Positions 38,899 through 48,204 of a stretch of DNA of 64,000 nt are shown here, piece after piece; the first letter of the stretch is position 1, and every line of letters begins with the position of its first letter. Origin of the DNA: Candidatus Acutalibacter pullicola (lineage in GTDB: Bacteria > Bacillota > Clostridia > Oscillospirales > Acutalibacteraceae); the NCBI GenBank assembly GCA_019320095.1, contig DWXG01000004.1, positions 11,678-75,677 of the forward strand, given 5' to 3'. The notes below the pieces were generated by a model. It searched no databases, was not told the origin of the DNA, and saw only the letters and a program-made list of their open reading frames with translations. The position numbers were made by a program, and so were the translations under genes.

Positions 38899-39798
38899 AT
38901 GAAACAGCTGTTGGTTATTGGCAGCATGAATATGGACTTTGTCACCCACCTGGACCACATGCCCGCTGTGGGGGAAACCATTTTGGCCCAGGGATTGGAG
39001 CTGGTTCCCGGAGGCAAGGGGGCCAACCAGGCCTACGCCATGGGAAAGCTGGGAGGCCACGCCACCTTGCTGGGAGCCGTGGGCGCCGACTCCCAAGGGA
39101 CGAAACTCTGTGACAACCTGGCCTCTGTGGGCGTGGACGTCTCCCGGGTGCTGCACCTGGGGGACGCCGCCACCGGCATGGCGGTCATCGGCGTCCAGCC
39201 TCAGGGGGACAACAGTATCATTGTGCTTCCCGGGGCCAACAGCCGGGTCACTCCCGACTACATCCGGCAAAATTTGGATGTGCTGGAGGCCAGCGACATT
39301 GTGGTGCTGCAGCTGGAAATTCCGCTGGAAACCGTGGTCTACGCCGCCCAAACAGCCAAGCGCCTGGGCAAACAGGTGATTCTGGACCCGGCTCCCGCCG
39401 TGGCTCATCTGCCGGAAGACCTGTTCCCCTGCTTGGATTTGATCAAACCCAACGAGACGGAACTGGGGATTCTCACTGGCCGCCCTTACGAGCCTGCCCG
39501 CCTGCGGGAGGACGCCCTCTCCCTGCAGGCCAAGGGGGTGCGCCGTGTGCTGGTGACCCTGGGCGGCGCCGGCTCCTATCTGCTGCGGGAAGATGGCAGC
39601 CAAGAGTTTTTCCAGGCGGATCCCCACGTCACCGTGGTGGATACCACCGCCGCCGGAGACAGCTTTGTGGGAGCCCTGGCGGTCTCCCTCTCCCGGGGCA
39701 GAGACTTGGCAGACGCCGCCCGCTTTGCCTCCCGGGTGGCAGACATTGTGGTGTCCCGCCCTGGGGCCCAATCCTCTATCCCTTACTTGGAGGAGTAA
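38899..39798 (+). CDS. rbsK: ribokinase
   Basis: GS.NMD, GGKGANQA, QLEIP, LDPAPA, PNETE, DTTAAGDSF. Confidence 0.9.
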   Translation: MKQLLVIGSMNMDFVTHLDHMPAVGETILAQGLELVPGGKGANQAYAMGKLGGHATLLGAVGADSQGTKLCDNLASVGVDVSRVLHLGDAATGMAVIGVQPQGDNSIIVLPGANSRVTPDYIRQNLDVLEASDIVVLQLEIPLETVVYAAQTAKRLGKQVILDPAPAVAHLPEDLFPCLDLIKPNETELGILTGRPYEPARLREDALSLQAKGVRRVLVTLGGAGSYLLREDGSQEFFQADPHVTVVDTTAAGDSFVGALAVSLSRGRDLADAARFASRVADIVVSRPGAQSSIPYLEE

Positions 39799-40000
39799 AA
39801 CGCCTCTCCTTCCTCCGGCGGAGCATCGTGCAGACGCTCTCCCCCTTTTGCAGGAGAATGGGCGCCCCACGGGCTGTCTGTGTACCCACGGCCCAAGAGC
39901 GCCGGATATGCCACAGCTGGGAAAGAAGGGACCGCCTGGAGAAGCGGCAGTCTGCTCCTGGGTTTGCGTGACAAAAACAGCTCCCTTCCAACAGGAGCAA

Positions 40001-40038
40001 AACATGGCGGCCACCATGGGCATGGTGGCCGCCATGTT
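40001..40038. repeat. perfect 18-bp inverted repeat
   Basis: AACATGGCGGCCACCATG-GG-CATGGTGGCCGCCATGTT. Confidence 0.85.
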
Positions 40039-40104
40039 CGTGGGCTGAACGCCCGTTGGGCGATACAAAGGGAGCGCTCCCTCCAGCCGCGAGTGGCAGG
40101 GCAA

Positions 40105-40148
40105 AAGAAAAGCCGAGCCTAGAACGCGAATTGCGTCCAGGCTCAGCC
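40105..40148 (-). terminator. terminator of tRNA-Pro
   Basis: GGCTGAGCCTGGACGC...GCGTTCTAGGCTCGGCT followed by TTTCTTTT on the minus strand. Confidence 0.65.
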
Positions 40149-40224
40149 TGGTCGAGGTGACAGGACTCGAACCTGCGGCCTCGTGGTCCCAAACCACGCG
40201 CGCTACCAGCTGCGCAACACCTCG
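40149..40224 (-). tRNA. tRNA-Pro(TGG)
   Basis: CGAGGTG/CACCTCG acceptor stem, CGTGG-TT-TGG-GA-CCACG anticodon arm, GGTTCGAGTCC T-arm, encoded CCA. Confidence 0.96.
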
Positions 40225-40265
40225 ACGAAGGCTTCCCGCCTATTGGGAAGCCTTTTTGTCTTTTT

Positions 40266-40295
40266 ATTATACCGGAAAAGGAGGGGCTCTGTCAA
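40266..40295 (-). promoter_or_regulatory. sigmaA promoter for tRNA-Pro
   Basis: TTGACA-18-TATAAT. Confidence 0.8.
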
Positions 40296-40297
40296 GG

Positions 40298-41503
40298 TTA
40301 TTCGGTATAAACCTTCGCCAGCCCGCCTTCGCTGGTCTCCCGGTATTTGGAGAACAGGTCCCGGCCGGTTTCATACATGGTTTGCACCACCATGTCGAAA
40401 GAGATCTTCCGGGTGTGGGTGAGGAAATTGGCCAGGCTCAAGGCATTGATGGCCCGCATGGCCGCCACAGCGTTGCGTTCAATGCAGGGAATCTGTACCA
40501 ACCCTCCGATGGGGTCGCAGGTCAGGCCCAGGTGATGTTCCATGGCCACCTCAGCGGCGTATTCAATCTGATCCAGATCCATATGGTACAGCTCCGCCAA
40601 ACCTGCCGCCGCCATGGAGCAGGCGCTGCCCACCTCCGCCTGGCAGCCGCATTCCGCCCCGGAGATGGAAGCGTTGGTCTTGATGATGTTGCCCACCACG
40701 CCTGCGGCCGCCAAGGCATGGTACACGTCCTGGTCTGAGAAGCCCTGCTGCTCCTGTTTGAACAGCAGCACCGCCGGCAGCACCCCAGAGGCCCCGCAGG
40801 TGGGCGCTGTGACCACCACGCCGCCCCCGGCGTTTTCTTCGCTGACCGCAAAGGCATAGGCGCACACCTTGCGGTTTTCCCGGGTTTCGGGGCTTTCGTC
40901 CATGTGGCGCTGGCGCACCAGGTACTTGGCCTTGCGCTGCACCCCCAAACCTCCGTGGAGCACTCCCTCCGTGTTCAAGCCCGCGTAGACCGTGGCCTTC
41001 ATCTGCTTCCACACATCCCGCAGGTAGCCCCAGATTTCCGGCCCCTCGCATTCCTCCACAAACTGCCAGAGGAATTTATTCTCCCGCTGGCAGTAGGCCT
41101 TGATGTCCCGAAAGGTGGAGAGAGGATACACGTTCTGGGGCGCCACCGAGGGCTTGCCCTCCACTTCAATCTTTCCGCCCCCCACGCTGAACACCCGCCA
41201 AGATCCCAGAGAATCCCCGCCGGAGAAAGCCTCTAGCACCAGCGTGTTGGGATGGGGCAAGCTCTCCTCCGGCGTTTGGGTGTCGAACACCACCTGGGTG
41301 GGACGCGGGGCGAACGCGTCCTGAATGGCCACATCCGTCAGGTGCCCTTTGCCGGTCTTGGCCAAAGAGCCAAACAGCGTGGCCTGAAACCGGTCCGCCT
41401 GGGGAAATTCCTTCCGAAACAGCGTGGCCGCCTGGGAAGGTCCCATGGTGTGGGAGCTGGACGGCCCCCGCCCGATCCGATACAATTCTCGCAGTGATTC
41501 CAC
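40298..41503 (-). CDS. sdaA: L-serine ammonia-lyase, Fe-S dependent, single chain
   Basis: GPSSSHT.GP, GSLA.TG.GH.TD, TAPTCGASG, SGAECGCQAEVG, GLTCDP, PCIERN. Confidence 0.93.
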   Translation of the reverse strand: MESLRELYRIGRGPSSSHTMGPSQAATLFRKEFPQADRFQATLFGSLAKTGKGHLTDVAIQDAFAPRPTQVVFDTQTPEESLPHPNTLVLEAFSGGDSLGSWRVFSVGGGKIEVEGKPSVAPQNVYPLSTFRDIKAYCQRENKFLWQFVEECEGPEIWGYLRDVWKQMKATVYAGLNTEGVLHGGLGVQRKAKYLVRQRHMDESPETRENRKVCAYAFAVSEENAGGGVVVTAPTCGASGVLPAVLLFKQEQQGFSDQDVYHALAAAGVVGNIIKTNASISGAECGCQAEVGSACSMAAAGLAELYHMDLDQIEYAAEVAMEHHLGLTCDPIGGLVQIPCIERNAVAAMRAINALSLANFLTHTRKISFDMVVQTMYETGRDLFSKYRETSEGGLAKVYTE

Positions 41504-41696
41504 AAGCCATACCCCCAAACTCACAATTGTCCTTTATTTTCCCACAGGAGAGGAGAAAAATCAAGGCATTTCTCAAGAAAGAGCCGGGTTTAACCCGTTC
41601 TTTCCCTTTTCTTTACAGGGCTGCCCCCAGCACCGGACAAAAAGCTGCCCGGAAGGCAGCCGTTTTCGACCGCGCTTCCGAACAGCAAATTCTGTC

Positions 41697-42581
41697 TCAC
41701 TCCTTCAAACGGTAGCGCACAAAGGCCAGCTTTTTCCCGCAGGGAGACCAGCTGTTCACATTCAGGGTGCCCTGGCCCCCAAAAAGCCGGACCAGCACCC
41801 GGGTATTCTTCCCGTCGGCGTCCATCACACGAATCTCCACATTCTTGTGGGGCGGATGGTCCCCGGGGTTTACATCCCCTTTCTTATAGGCGATGTAGGC
41901 CACCTGGCTGCCGTCCGGAGACAGGTGGGGGAACCAGCAGTTGGACTCCTCTTCCCAGGTCATGCGGGTCTGCTGAGAGCCGTCTGCCTCCATGCGCCAA
42001 ATCTGCATCAGGCCGGACCGCACCGAGTTAAACCAAATATGCTTGCCGTCCGGAGAGTACTCCGGGCCGTCGTCCAGGCCGGGCGCGTCGGTCAGGCGGG
42101 TTTCCTCACCCCCCTCCACGGGAATGGTGTAAATATCAAACTCTCCGTTGCGCTCCGCACAGTAGGCCAAGGTCTTTCCATCGGGAGACCAGCCGTGCAA
42201 GTAGCTGGGCGCGATGGGGGTGATCAGCCGGGGCACGCCCCCCTCCAGAGGCACGGTATACACCCGGGACCAGCCGTCCTCCGCCGTGCCCTGGCTCAGG
42301 CCCACAGACCGGCCGTCGGGGGAGAGCACGTGGTCGTTGTTGCACCGGCAGGCAAAGCCTGTGTCGATCTGCCGGCTTTCTCCGGTGGCCAGGTCAAACA
42401 GCCACAGCCGGCCCCCGGCGTTGTACAGCAGCCGGTCGCCTGTGGGCAGCCAGTTGGGCGCCTCGATCAGGTGGCCAAACTCCTTGAGGACCGTGCACTG
42501 GCCGGTGGCCACGTCTACCGTCTCCAGAGAGGAGATGGCGTCCCGCTCTTGAAACAGGCGTTTTTCCTGCAAAACGTTCAT
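41697..42581 (-). CDS. TolB-like beta-propeller (PD40 repeats), no signal peptide
   Basis: repeated SPDG/WSP motifs; NNDH, DGPEYSPDG, WFPHLSPDG. Confidence 0.8.
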   Translation of the reverse strand: MNVLQEKRLFQERDAISSLETVDVATGQCTVLKEFGHLIEAPNWLPTGDRLLYNAGGRLWLFDLATGESRQIDTGFACRCNNDHVLSPDGRSVGLSQGTAEDGWSRVYTVPLEGGVPRLITPIAPSYLHGWSPDGKTLAYCAERNGEFDIYTIPVEGGEETRLTDAPGLDDGPEYSPDGKHIWFNSVRSGLMQIWRMEADGSQQTRMTWEEESNCWFPHLSPDGSQVAYIAYKKGDVNPGDHPPHKNVEIRVMDADGKNTRVLVRLFGGQGTLNVNSWSPCGKKLAFVRYRLKE

Positions 42582-42608
42582 AAAGACAACCTTCCTTCCC
42601 AAAAAGAA

Positions 42609-43388
42609 CTATCTATGGTCAGCCCACAATTTGGGCGTGCCAGCTAAAACTTCATCGGGGAGAACCCACTCCCCTCTAATGAGCAGGCAATAGTTTCCTT
42701 CCCGCAGGGCCTGCACCAGGTCTTGGCTGCTGCGTGCCCTTTGGCGCAAGGCGATGCCCGCCTGTCCCAGGCCGGGGTCGGCAATGCTGTGCACATCCCC
42801 GCCGGAGGTGGGAACTATATGATGCTGCCGGATAAACGCCACCGCACGCTGGTTTTCCCGGTCAGTGCGGTTTCCGTAGTTAAAGGCCTCAGCGCCGTCC
42901 AAACACGCCGGCTGAGGCTGTATGGTGGGATCGATGTAGGGCTCCTCCCGGAAGGGGTGGGCCATGGCAATCCAGCCTCCCCCCTGGTGCACCGCAGCCG
43001 CATAAGCGGGCAGCGGCAGCAGGTGCAAATCCGGATGAGCCAGCAGAAACTCCAGATCGATGCCGTAGGTGAGCACCTCTTTTCCGCCGCCGTATTGGTG
43101 CTCCAGGCCGAAAAAGGCCTGAAAGTCATAGCCATGCTCCTGGGCCCAGCGGTTTACCGCCTCCTGGGGCGCGTTGTAACGCCGGGCTTTTTCCTCCCAG
43201 GACAAGTTCGGATCTACCGCCGTGCTGCCCAGCAGGAAGTGATCGGTGATCACCATGCCCGCATACCCCTTCTCCCAGTAGGCCTGAGCCAGCTCTTGGG
43301 GGCTGTTGTGGGCACAGCGGCTGCACCAGTTGGTGTGGCAGTGCAGTTCGTACCGATAGGGAAACGCTTCTCTTCGTTTGGAATCCAT
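42609..43388 (-). CDS. PHP-domain phosphoesterase
   Basis: LHCHT, ITDH, GLE, AHP, GGDVH. Confidence 0.85.
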   Translation of the reverse strand: MDSKRREAFPYRYELHCHTNWCSRCAHNSPQELAQAYWEKGYAGMVITDHFLLGSTAVDPNLSWEEKARRYNAPQEAVNRWAQEHGYDFQAFFGLEHQYGGGKEVLTYGIDLEFLLAHPDLHLLPLPAYAAAVHQGGGWIAMAHPFREEPYIDPTIQPQPACLDGAEAFNYGNRTDRENQRAVAFIRQHHIVPTSGGDVHSIADPGLGQAGIALRQRARSSQDLVQALREGNYCLLIRGEWVLPDEVLAGTPKLWADHR

Positions 43389-43451
43389 AGGGTTTGCTCC
43401 TTCTGAAAATTTCTGCGCCTTCTCTGAAAAGGGAAAACGTTCCGCCGGGCT

Positions 43452-44882
43452 TCAAGGGGACGCCTGGGCGGCAGGCGGGTCTCCAGCGCTTCCTCCCACC
43501 ACATTTTTGGCCCACACACCGGAAACCAGCATGACGGTGCCAATGGCCGCCTTGATCAGGTCTGCTGCAGAGACGAAGAAAAACACCAACACCACCGAGA
43601 GTCCGGTAAACTGGCACAGGCAAAAGGCAATGGGCAGGCTCACCACCCACGTGAACACACAGTCAAACAGGAAGGTGACAAAGGTCTTCCCTCCGGAGCG
43701 AATGGTAAAGTAGGTGCCCTGGGTGTACGCGGACAGAGGCAAAAAGGAGCCTGAAACCATCAGCAAATGGGTGGCGGTCAGCCGCACAGAGGGCTCCGTA
43801 TTGTAAATGTAGGGAATAAAAGGAGAGCTGGCCACAATCAGGCCGCCAATCACCAGGTTGGCGCTCACACTGAAAAACAGCAGCTTGCGCACCGTGTCCT
43901 TTGCGCCGGAGATATCTCCCGCACCCAGCAGCTGCCCGGACAAAATGCCAATGGCGTTGCCCATGGCCGCCATGACAATGGAAAACAAGTTCCACACCGT
44001 GGAGTTGATGTTGGTGGCCGCCACGGCTTCCAGCCCTCGGGTGGCGTAACACATGTTCACCGCCGCCGTGCCGATGGACCAGAGAGTTTCGTTGAGCAGC
44101 AGGGGCGTGCCGGTGATGGCGATCTGTTTCACCAGAGGCAGGGGCACGCGAAAGTTTTGAAACAGTCCTTGGACAAAGGGAAACTGCTTTCTGTGCCGGT
44201 AAGTGCGCAAAAGCAGATAGCCCATTTCCACCCACCGGGCTATCACAGTGGCCAAAGCGGCCCCGGCCACCCCCATTCTGGGGAAGCCGAAGCTTCCGTA
44301 AATCAGCAGGTAATTGCCCGCCAGGTTCACGCAGATGGCGATGACGCTGGCCATCATGGGGGAAAAGGTCTCCCCCACATCCCGCAGGGTGCTGGAGAAG
44401 CACTGGTTCACCGCAAAGGGAAGCAGCCCGAACAGCATGACGGCAATGTAATCTTTGGCGTACCCCAAGGTGGCGGCGATCTCCTCCGGTGCGGAGGCCT
44501 CCTCGTTTAAGTACAGGGAAAACAGGGACTCTCCGAAGAGCAGGAAGACCCCAATTCCCAGAGCGCAGACCACCAGGCTGAACACCAGGCGAAAGCGCAG
44601 CGTATAGCGCAGGCCCTCCTGGTCCCCTTTTCCGTAAAACTGGGCGCCGAAAATAGAGGCCCCCGACAGCCCGCCGAAAATAGTCAAGTTAAAGATAAAG
44701 ATGATCTGGTTGACAATGGCCACACCGGACATAGGCGTGGTGCCCAGCGCCCCCACCATCACGTTGTCCAAAAGATTCACAAACTGAGTGATGCCCTGCT
44801 GGACAATCATGGGCACCAGCATGGCCAGCACCGAGGCGTAAAACGCCCGGGTGCCGATAAATTTTTTTACAAATGCGTTCAT
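43452..44882 (-). CDS. MATE family efflux transporter
   Basis: FVNLLDNVMVG, AQFYG, NYLLIYG.FGFP.MGV.GAALAT. Confidence 0.92.
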   Translation of the reverse strand: MNAFVKKFIGTRAFYASVLAMLVPMIVQQGITQFVNLLDNVMVGALGTTPMSGVAIVNQIIFIFNLTIFGGLSGASIFGAQFYGKGDQEGLRYTLRFRLVFSLVVCALGIGVFLLFGESLFSLYLNEEASAPEEIAATLGYAKDYIAVMLFGLLPFAVNQCFSSTLRDVGETFSPMMASVIAICVNLAGNYLLIYGSFGFPRMGVAGAALATVIARWVEMGYLLLRTYRHRKQFPFVQGLFQNFRVPLPLVKQIAITGTPLLLNETLWSIGTAAVNMCYATRGLEAVAATNINSTVWNLFSIVMAAMGNAIGILSGQLLGAGDISGAKDTVRKLLFFSVSANLVIGGLIVASSPFIPYIYNTEPSVRLTATHLLMVSGSFLPLSAYTQGTYFTIRSGGKTFVTFLFDCVFTWVVSLPIAFCLCQFTGLSVVLVFFFVSAADLIKAAIGTVMLVSGVWAKNVVGGSAGDPPAAQASP

Positions 44883-44943
44883 ACCCTTCCTATATCCTCA
44901 ATTCCTCAAATCTCAGCAACTTCCACCGAGGGAATGGGCCCTC

Positions 44944-45654
44944 TTACTTCCGGCCCAGCAAGGCGGAAAAATCTGCGCCCAGGTCCTCCTCCGGCGGCAG
45001 CAGCCGGTCGATCAGCTCCTGGTAATCCCCCAGAGTCAGGTCGGCCAAGCTGGCAATGCCCTCCTGGGTCTCCCCTTCCTCTCCGCTTTGGGAGATAGGG
45101 TCTTCCACCGCCACCACGGAGAACCCGGCCTTTCCAGCGGTGCGCATGGCGTAGGCGGAATCTTCAAAGACCACGCTTTCTTCTACCGCGGCCCCAAAGT
45201 GCCGGGCGCAGTCCAGGTAAATATCCGGATATTCCTTGCTTTTTCCCACTTCGGTGCAGGTGATGAAATATTCCACCAAACGCCCCATCCCCAAATGATC
45301 CAGGGCAAGCTGCACCCCTTCCCGGTTGGAAGCGGTGGCCACTGCCACGGAAATGTGGTTGTCCCGGAGCAGCTCCAAAAACTCCCGGGCATGGGGTTTT
45401 TCCCCCACCCGCGTGCGATAGCCTTCCAGGGCAAACTGGCTCAATTCCTCCACGATCTCCTCCCTGGTGCCAGGGATGCCCAAACTCTGGTAAAAGGTCG
45501 CGCACTGCTCCAAGCTCAGACGGTTTAACACTTTGTGCAGCCCTTCCGGGGCAGCCACGCCCTTGCTCTGGGCGTATTCGTACGTGATGGCCTGCCACAT
45601 GGGCATGGAATCCAACAGCGTGCCGTCCGCGTCAAAAATGCAGCAACGAATCAT
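44944..45654 (-). CDS. HAD family phosphatase
   Basis: FDADGTLLDS, AT, K..PDIY, VFEDS; GGAG RBS. Confidence 0.88.
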   Translation of the reverse strand: MIRCCIFDADGTLLDSMPMWQAITYEYAQSKGVAAPEGLHKVLNRLSLEQCATFYQSLGIPGTREEIVEELSQFALEGYRTRVGEKPHAREFLELLRDNHISVAVATASNREGVQLALDHLGMGRLVEYFITCTEVGKSKEYPDIYLDCARHFGAAVEESVVFEDSAYAMRTAGKAGFSVVAVEDPISQSGEEGETQEGIASLADLTLGDYQELIDRLLPPEEDLGADFSALLGRK

Positions 45655-45694
45655 ACTCTCTCCTCGGCCTCCTTCAGCGCGTACAGGGAATGTT

Positions 45695-46465
45695 CTAAAT
45701 CTTGGAAAAGTCGCCTGCGGAAAAATCCTGGTCCACCAGGACCGAACGGGTTCCCTCCGGCGCAGCCCGAAACACCGAGGGAATATCCGTAACACCCGTC
45801 CCCAGCACAGCAAACCGGTCGTTTCCAGAAAGGTTGGCAAACCCGGGGGCCATGTCCTTAAAATGGAGGGACCGCACTCGGTCGCCTAGCCGTTTTACAA
45901 ACGCTGCGGGATCGATCCCCCCAAACAGCACCCAGCCCGTGTCCACCTGGGCGCCCAACGTTTCCCCGGCCTCTTCTAAGATGGCCTCCAGCACAGTGAT
46001 TTCCCGGCCGCTGCGCACCATCCGGGCAGCGATTTCCGGCCCCCCGTTGTGCACCCACAAGGCAAATCCCTGGGCCTGCAGCGCCTCGCCCAGCTTCCGG
46101 CAAAGGGCGGCAAACGTCCCATACGCTTCCCCCACTGCGTCCTGGGGCACGTTGACCACAAAGGTGTCCAGGGAGGTGGCCGCGCCCAGGGCCAGCATGT
46201 CCTTTTCCGCAGACGCCAGGTCCCGGGCGAACACATGGCAGGAGGAAAGGGTCAGGCCCCGCTCTTCCATCTTCTTTTGAAAGAGGGGCACCTCTTCCGG
46301 CTTCCAAAGCCGTTCCCACAGGGCAGGGGGATAGTCCGCAGCCTCTCCAAACACCACACAGGGTTCCACCTGCCCATAGCCCATGGCGGCAAGCCGGTCA
46401 AAAAAAGCGTCCGGATCCTGCCGGAATTCCCCCAGGCAGCCAAAAATCTGTACGCCATAGCGCAT
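45695..46465 (-). CDS. sugar phosphate isomerase/epimerase, probably truncated by a 1-bp frameshift near 45706-45709
   Basis: VHN, QVDTGW, LHFKD, LG.G, VDQD; an alternative frame continues to 45651. Confidence 0.75.
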   Translation of the reverse strand: MRYGVQIFGCLGEFRQDPDAFFDRLAAMGYGQVEPCVVFGEAADYPPALWERLWKPEEVPLFQKKMEERGLTLSSCHVFARDLASAEKDMLALGAATSLDTFVVNVPQDAVGEAYGTFAALCRKLGEALQAQGFALWVHNGGPEIAARMVRSGREITVLEAILEEAGETLGAQVDTGWVLFGGIDPAAFVKRLGDRVRSLHFKDMAPGFANLSGNDRFAVLGTGVTDIPSVFRAAPEGTRSVLVDQDFSAGDFSKI

Positions 46466-46530
46466 GCAACTCACTCCTCTTCCTCTGAAACTGTTCAAGG
46501 CGTCTTTCCCTTGGAAACAGGATTTGTACC

Positions 46531-46559
46531 AGTATAGCACACCTCCCCTGCCCGTGCAA
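46531..46559 (-). promoter_or_regulatory. sigmaA promoter for the isomerase-HAD-MATE-PHP-TolB run
   Basis: TTGCAC-17-TATACT with TGTG extended -10. Confidence 0.65.
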
Positions 46560-46660
46560 GAAAAGGCGAAAAAAAGCGCGCTGCAGAACCGCAGTCCTGC
46601 AGCGCGCTCCCGGCTTTCGCCAGCGCGAACCTTTTCCTGCTTTGCAAGCGGCGCCCTGTC

Positions 46661-46906
46661 TCAGCGGGGCTGGGGCGTGGGAGAAGCAGAGGAGTCTTCG
46701 TCTCGAGAGTGGTCCGGATCCAGGGCGGATTCCACAGCGGAGCCCAGCCGGCTGCCTGCGTCTTCCACACGGGAGGCCGCGTCCTTGGCTTCGCTTTCCA
46801 CCCGGGAAACCGCGTTGGACACGTCATCGGCCGCTCTCTCCATACAGCCCGTCAACAGCAGGGCCAAACAAAGGGTCATCATACAAGCTGCAAGCTTCAT
46901 GCGCAT
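46661..46906 (-). CDS. small lipoprotein
   Basis: basic N-terminus, hydrophobic core, LTGC lipobox; AAAGGA RBS; hairpin plus T-tract downstream (46570-46608). Confidence 0.75.
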   Translation of the reverse strand: MRMKLAACMMTLCLALLLTGCMERAADDVSNAVSRVESEAKDAASRVEDAGSRLGSAVESALDPDHSRDEDSSASPTPQPR

Positions 46907-46982
46907 AGTAAACGATTCCTTTCCTGTTTTTTCTTCCTGTAGTCTGCTGCAATCCTCTCCCCTTTATACATTCCGGGCTGGA

Positions 46983-47011
46983 TTGCAAAAAATTTTCCAA
47001 AATGATAGAAT
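46983..47011 (+). promoter_or_regulatory. sigmaA promoter for the PfkB gene
   Basis: TTGCAA-17-TAGAAT with TGn extension. Confidence 0.65.
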
Positions 47012-47044
47012 ACCTTAAGAATCTTGTAAGGACGTGACTTTACT

Positions 47045-47971
47045 ATGATAGTGACCGTTACGCTGAACCCTGCCTTAGACTACCTGATTCCTTTGGACCA
47101 GGTGCACCCGGGTACCATCCACCGGTTCTCTAGAGGGACGTTCGCTCCGGGAGGCAAGGGGGTAAACGTTTCTCTGCTGCTCACCTCGCTGGGGGTGGAA
47201 AACCGGGCTCTGGGCCTTGCCGCCGGTTTCTCCGGAAAGGAGATCTGCCGCCTGCTGGAGGAGCAGGGCTGTACCGCGGACTTTGTGCACATGGAGACGG
47301 GATATTCCCGCATCAACGTGAAACTGCGCTGTCCCACCGGCCAGGAGACAGATTTCAACGGGGAGGGGCCGGAAATTCCCGGCCCTGCTGTGGACGCTTT
47401 AGTGGAAAAACTGCAGGCTTTGCAGCCGGAAGATTTTCTGGTGCTGGCAGGCAGCCTTCCCCAAGGATTGCCGGAAACCGCTTGGCCGCGCCTGTTGGAA
47501 ACCTGTCGCCGCCGGGGAGCCCGCCTGGTGGTGGACACCACGGGAAACGCCCTGCTGGCGGCCCTTCCCTACGGCCCCTTTTTGGTGAAGCCCAATCAAG
47601 AGGAACTGGGCGCCCTGTTCGGGGTGGAAATCACCAGCCCTCTCCAAGCCAAAGAGTACGGCCAGCAGCTCCAGCGCATGGGCGCCCGGAACGTGGTGGT
47701 CTCTCTGGGGGAAAAAGGCGCCCTGTTGCTGGAAGAGGGCGGGCGGGCCCTTTTCTGCCACGGGGTAAAAGGAGACACGGTCTCCACCGTGGGCGCGGGA
47801 GACTCCTTGGTGGCTGGCTTTTTGTACGGCTACCGCCTTCACGGGACCTTGGAGGGGGGCTTGCGCTGGGGTGTGGCGGCAGGAACCGCCACGGCTTTTC
47901 AGGAGGGCATTGCCACCGGGGACCAGGTGAAACGCCAGTTTCCCGCCGTGGAAAATCCCCATCTTCTATAA
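47045..47971 (+). CDS. pfkB: 1-phosphofructokinase family hexose kinase
   Basis: TVTLNPALD, GGKGVNVS, RINVK, GSLP, KPN.EE, STVGAGDS. Confidence 0.88.
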   Translation: MIVTVTLNPALDYLIPLDQVHPGTIHRFSRGTFAPGGKGVNVSLLLTSLGVENRALGLAAGFSGKEICRLLEEQGCTADFVHMETGYSRINVKLRCPTGQETDFNGEGPEIPGPAVDALVEKLQALQPEDFLVLAGSLPQGLPETAWPRLLETCRRRGARLVVDTTGNALLAALPYGPFLVKPNQEELGALFGVEITSPLQAKEYGQQLQRMGARNVVVSLGEKGALLLEEGGRALFCHGVKGDTVSTVGAGDSLVAGFLYGYRLHGTLEGGLRWGVAAGTATAFQEGIATGDQVKRQFPAVENPHLL

Positions 47972-48039
47972 AGGCGCCCTTTTTATGGCAAGTTGGATGG
48001 AAAAACCCGGAAAAGCGCCGGGGAAGCCTCAGAATGCGG

Positions 48040-48069
48040 TTGACACAGGACAGCGTTCCAAAGTACAAT
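48040..48069 (+). promoter_or_regulatory. sigmaA promoter for the xpaC-telA cluster
   Basis: TTGACA-18-TACAAT. Confidence 0.65.
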
Positions 48070-48204
48070 AAGACTACCCTTTGAAACGGGAAAGGCGGCA
48101 GGGTGCGTGCCCCCTTCCGACGGCCCGCCCGGCTGCCTCGCCTGCCGTTTTCCAAGGGCATCTGGTTTCCGGAACCGAGCGTTTCGGGAAATGGAGGAGA
48201 ATCC

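Noticed and set aside
34750-40224. Genomic island between the two tRNAs
   Set aside because: No integrase, no duplicated tRNA 3' end seen, and gene content and composition match the rest of the window
34583-46545. Identical GAGGTGTGCTATACT in two promoters
   Set aside because: Largely the common TRTG extended -10 element of Bacillota
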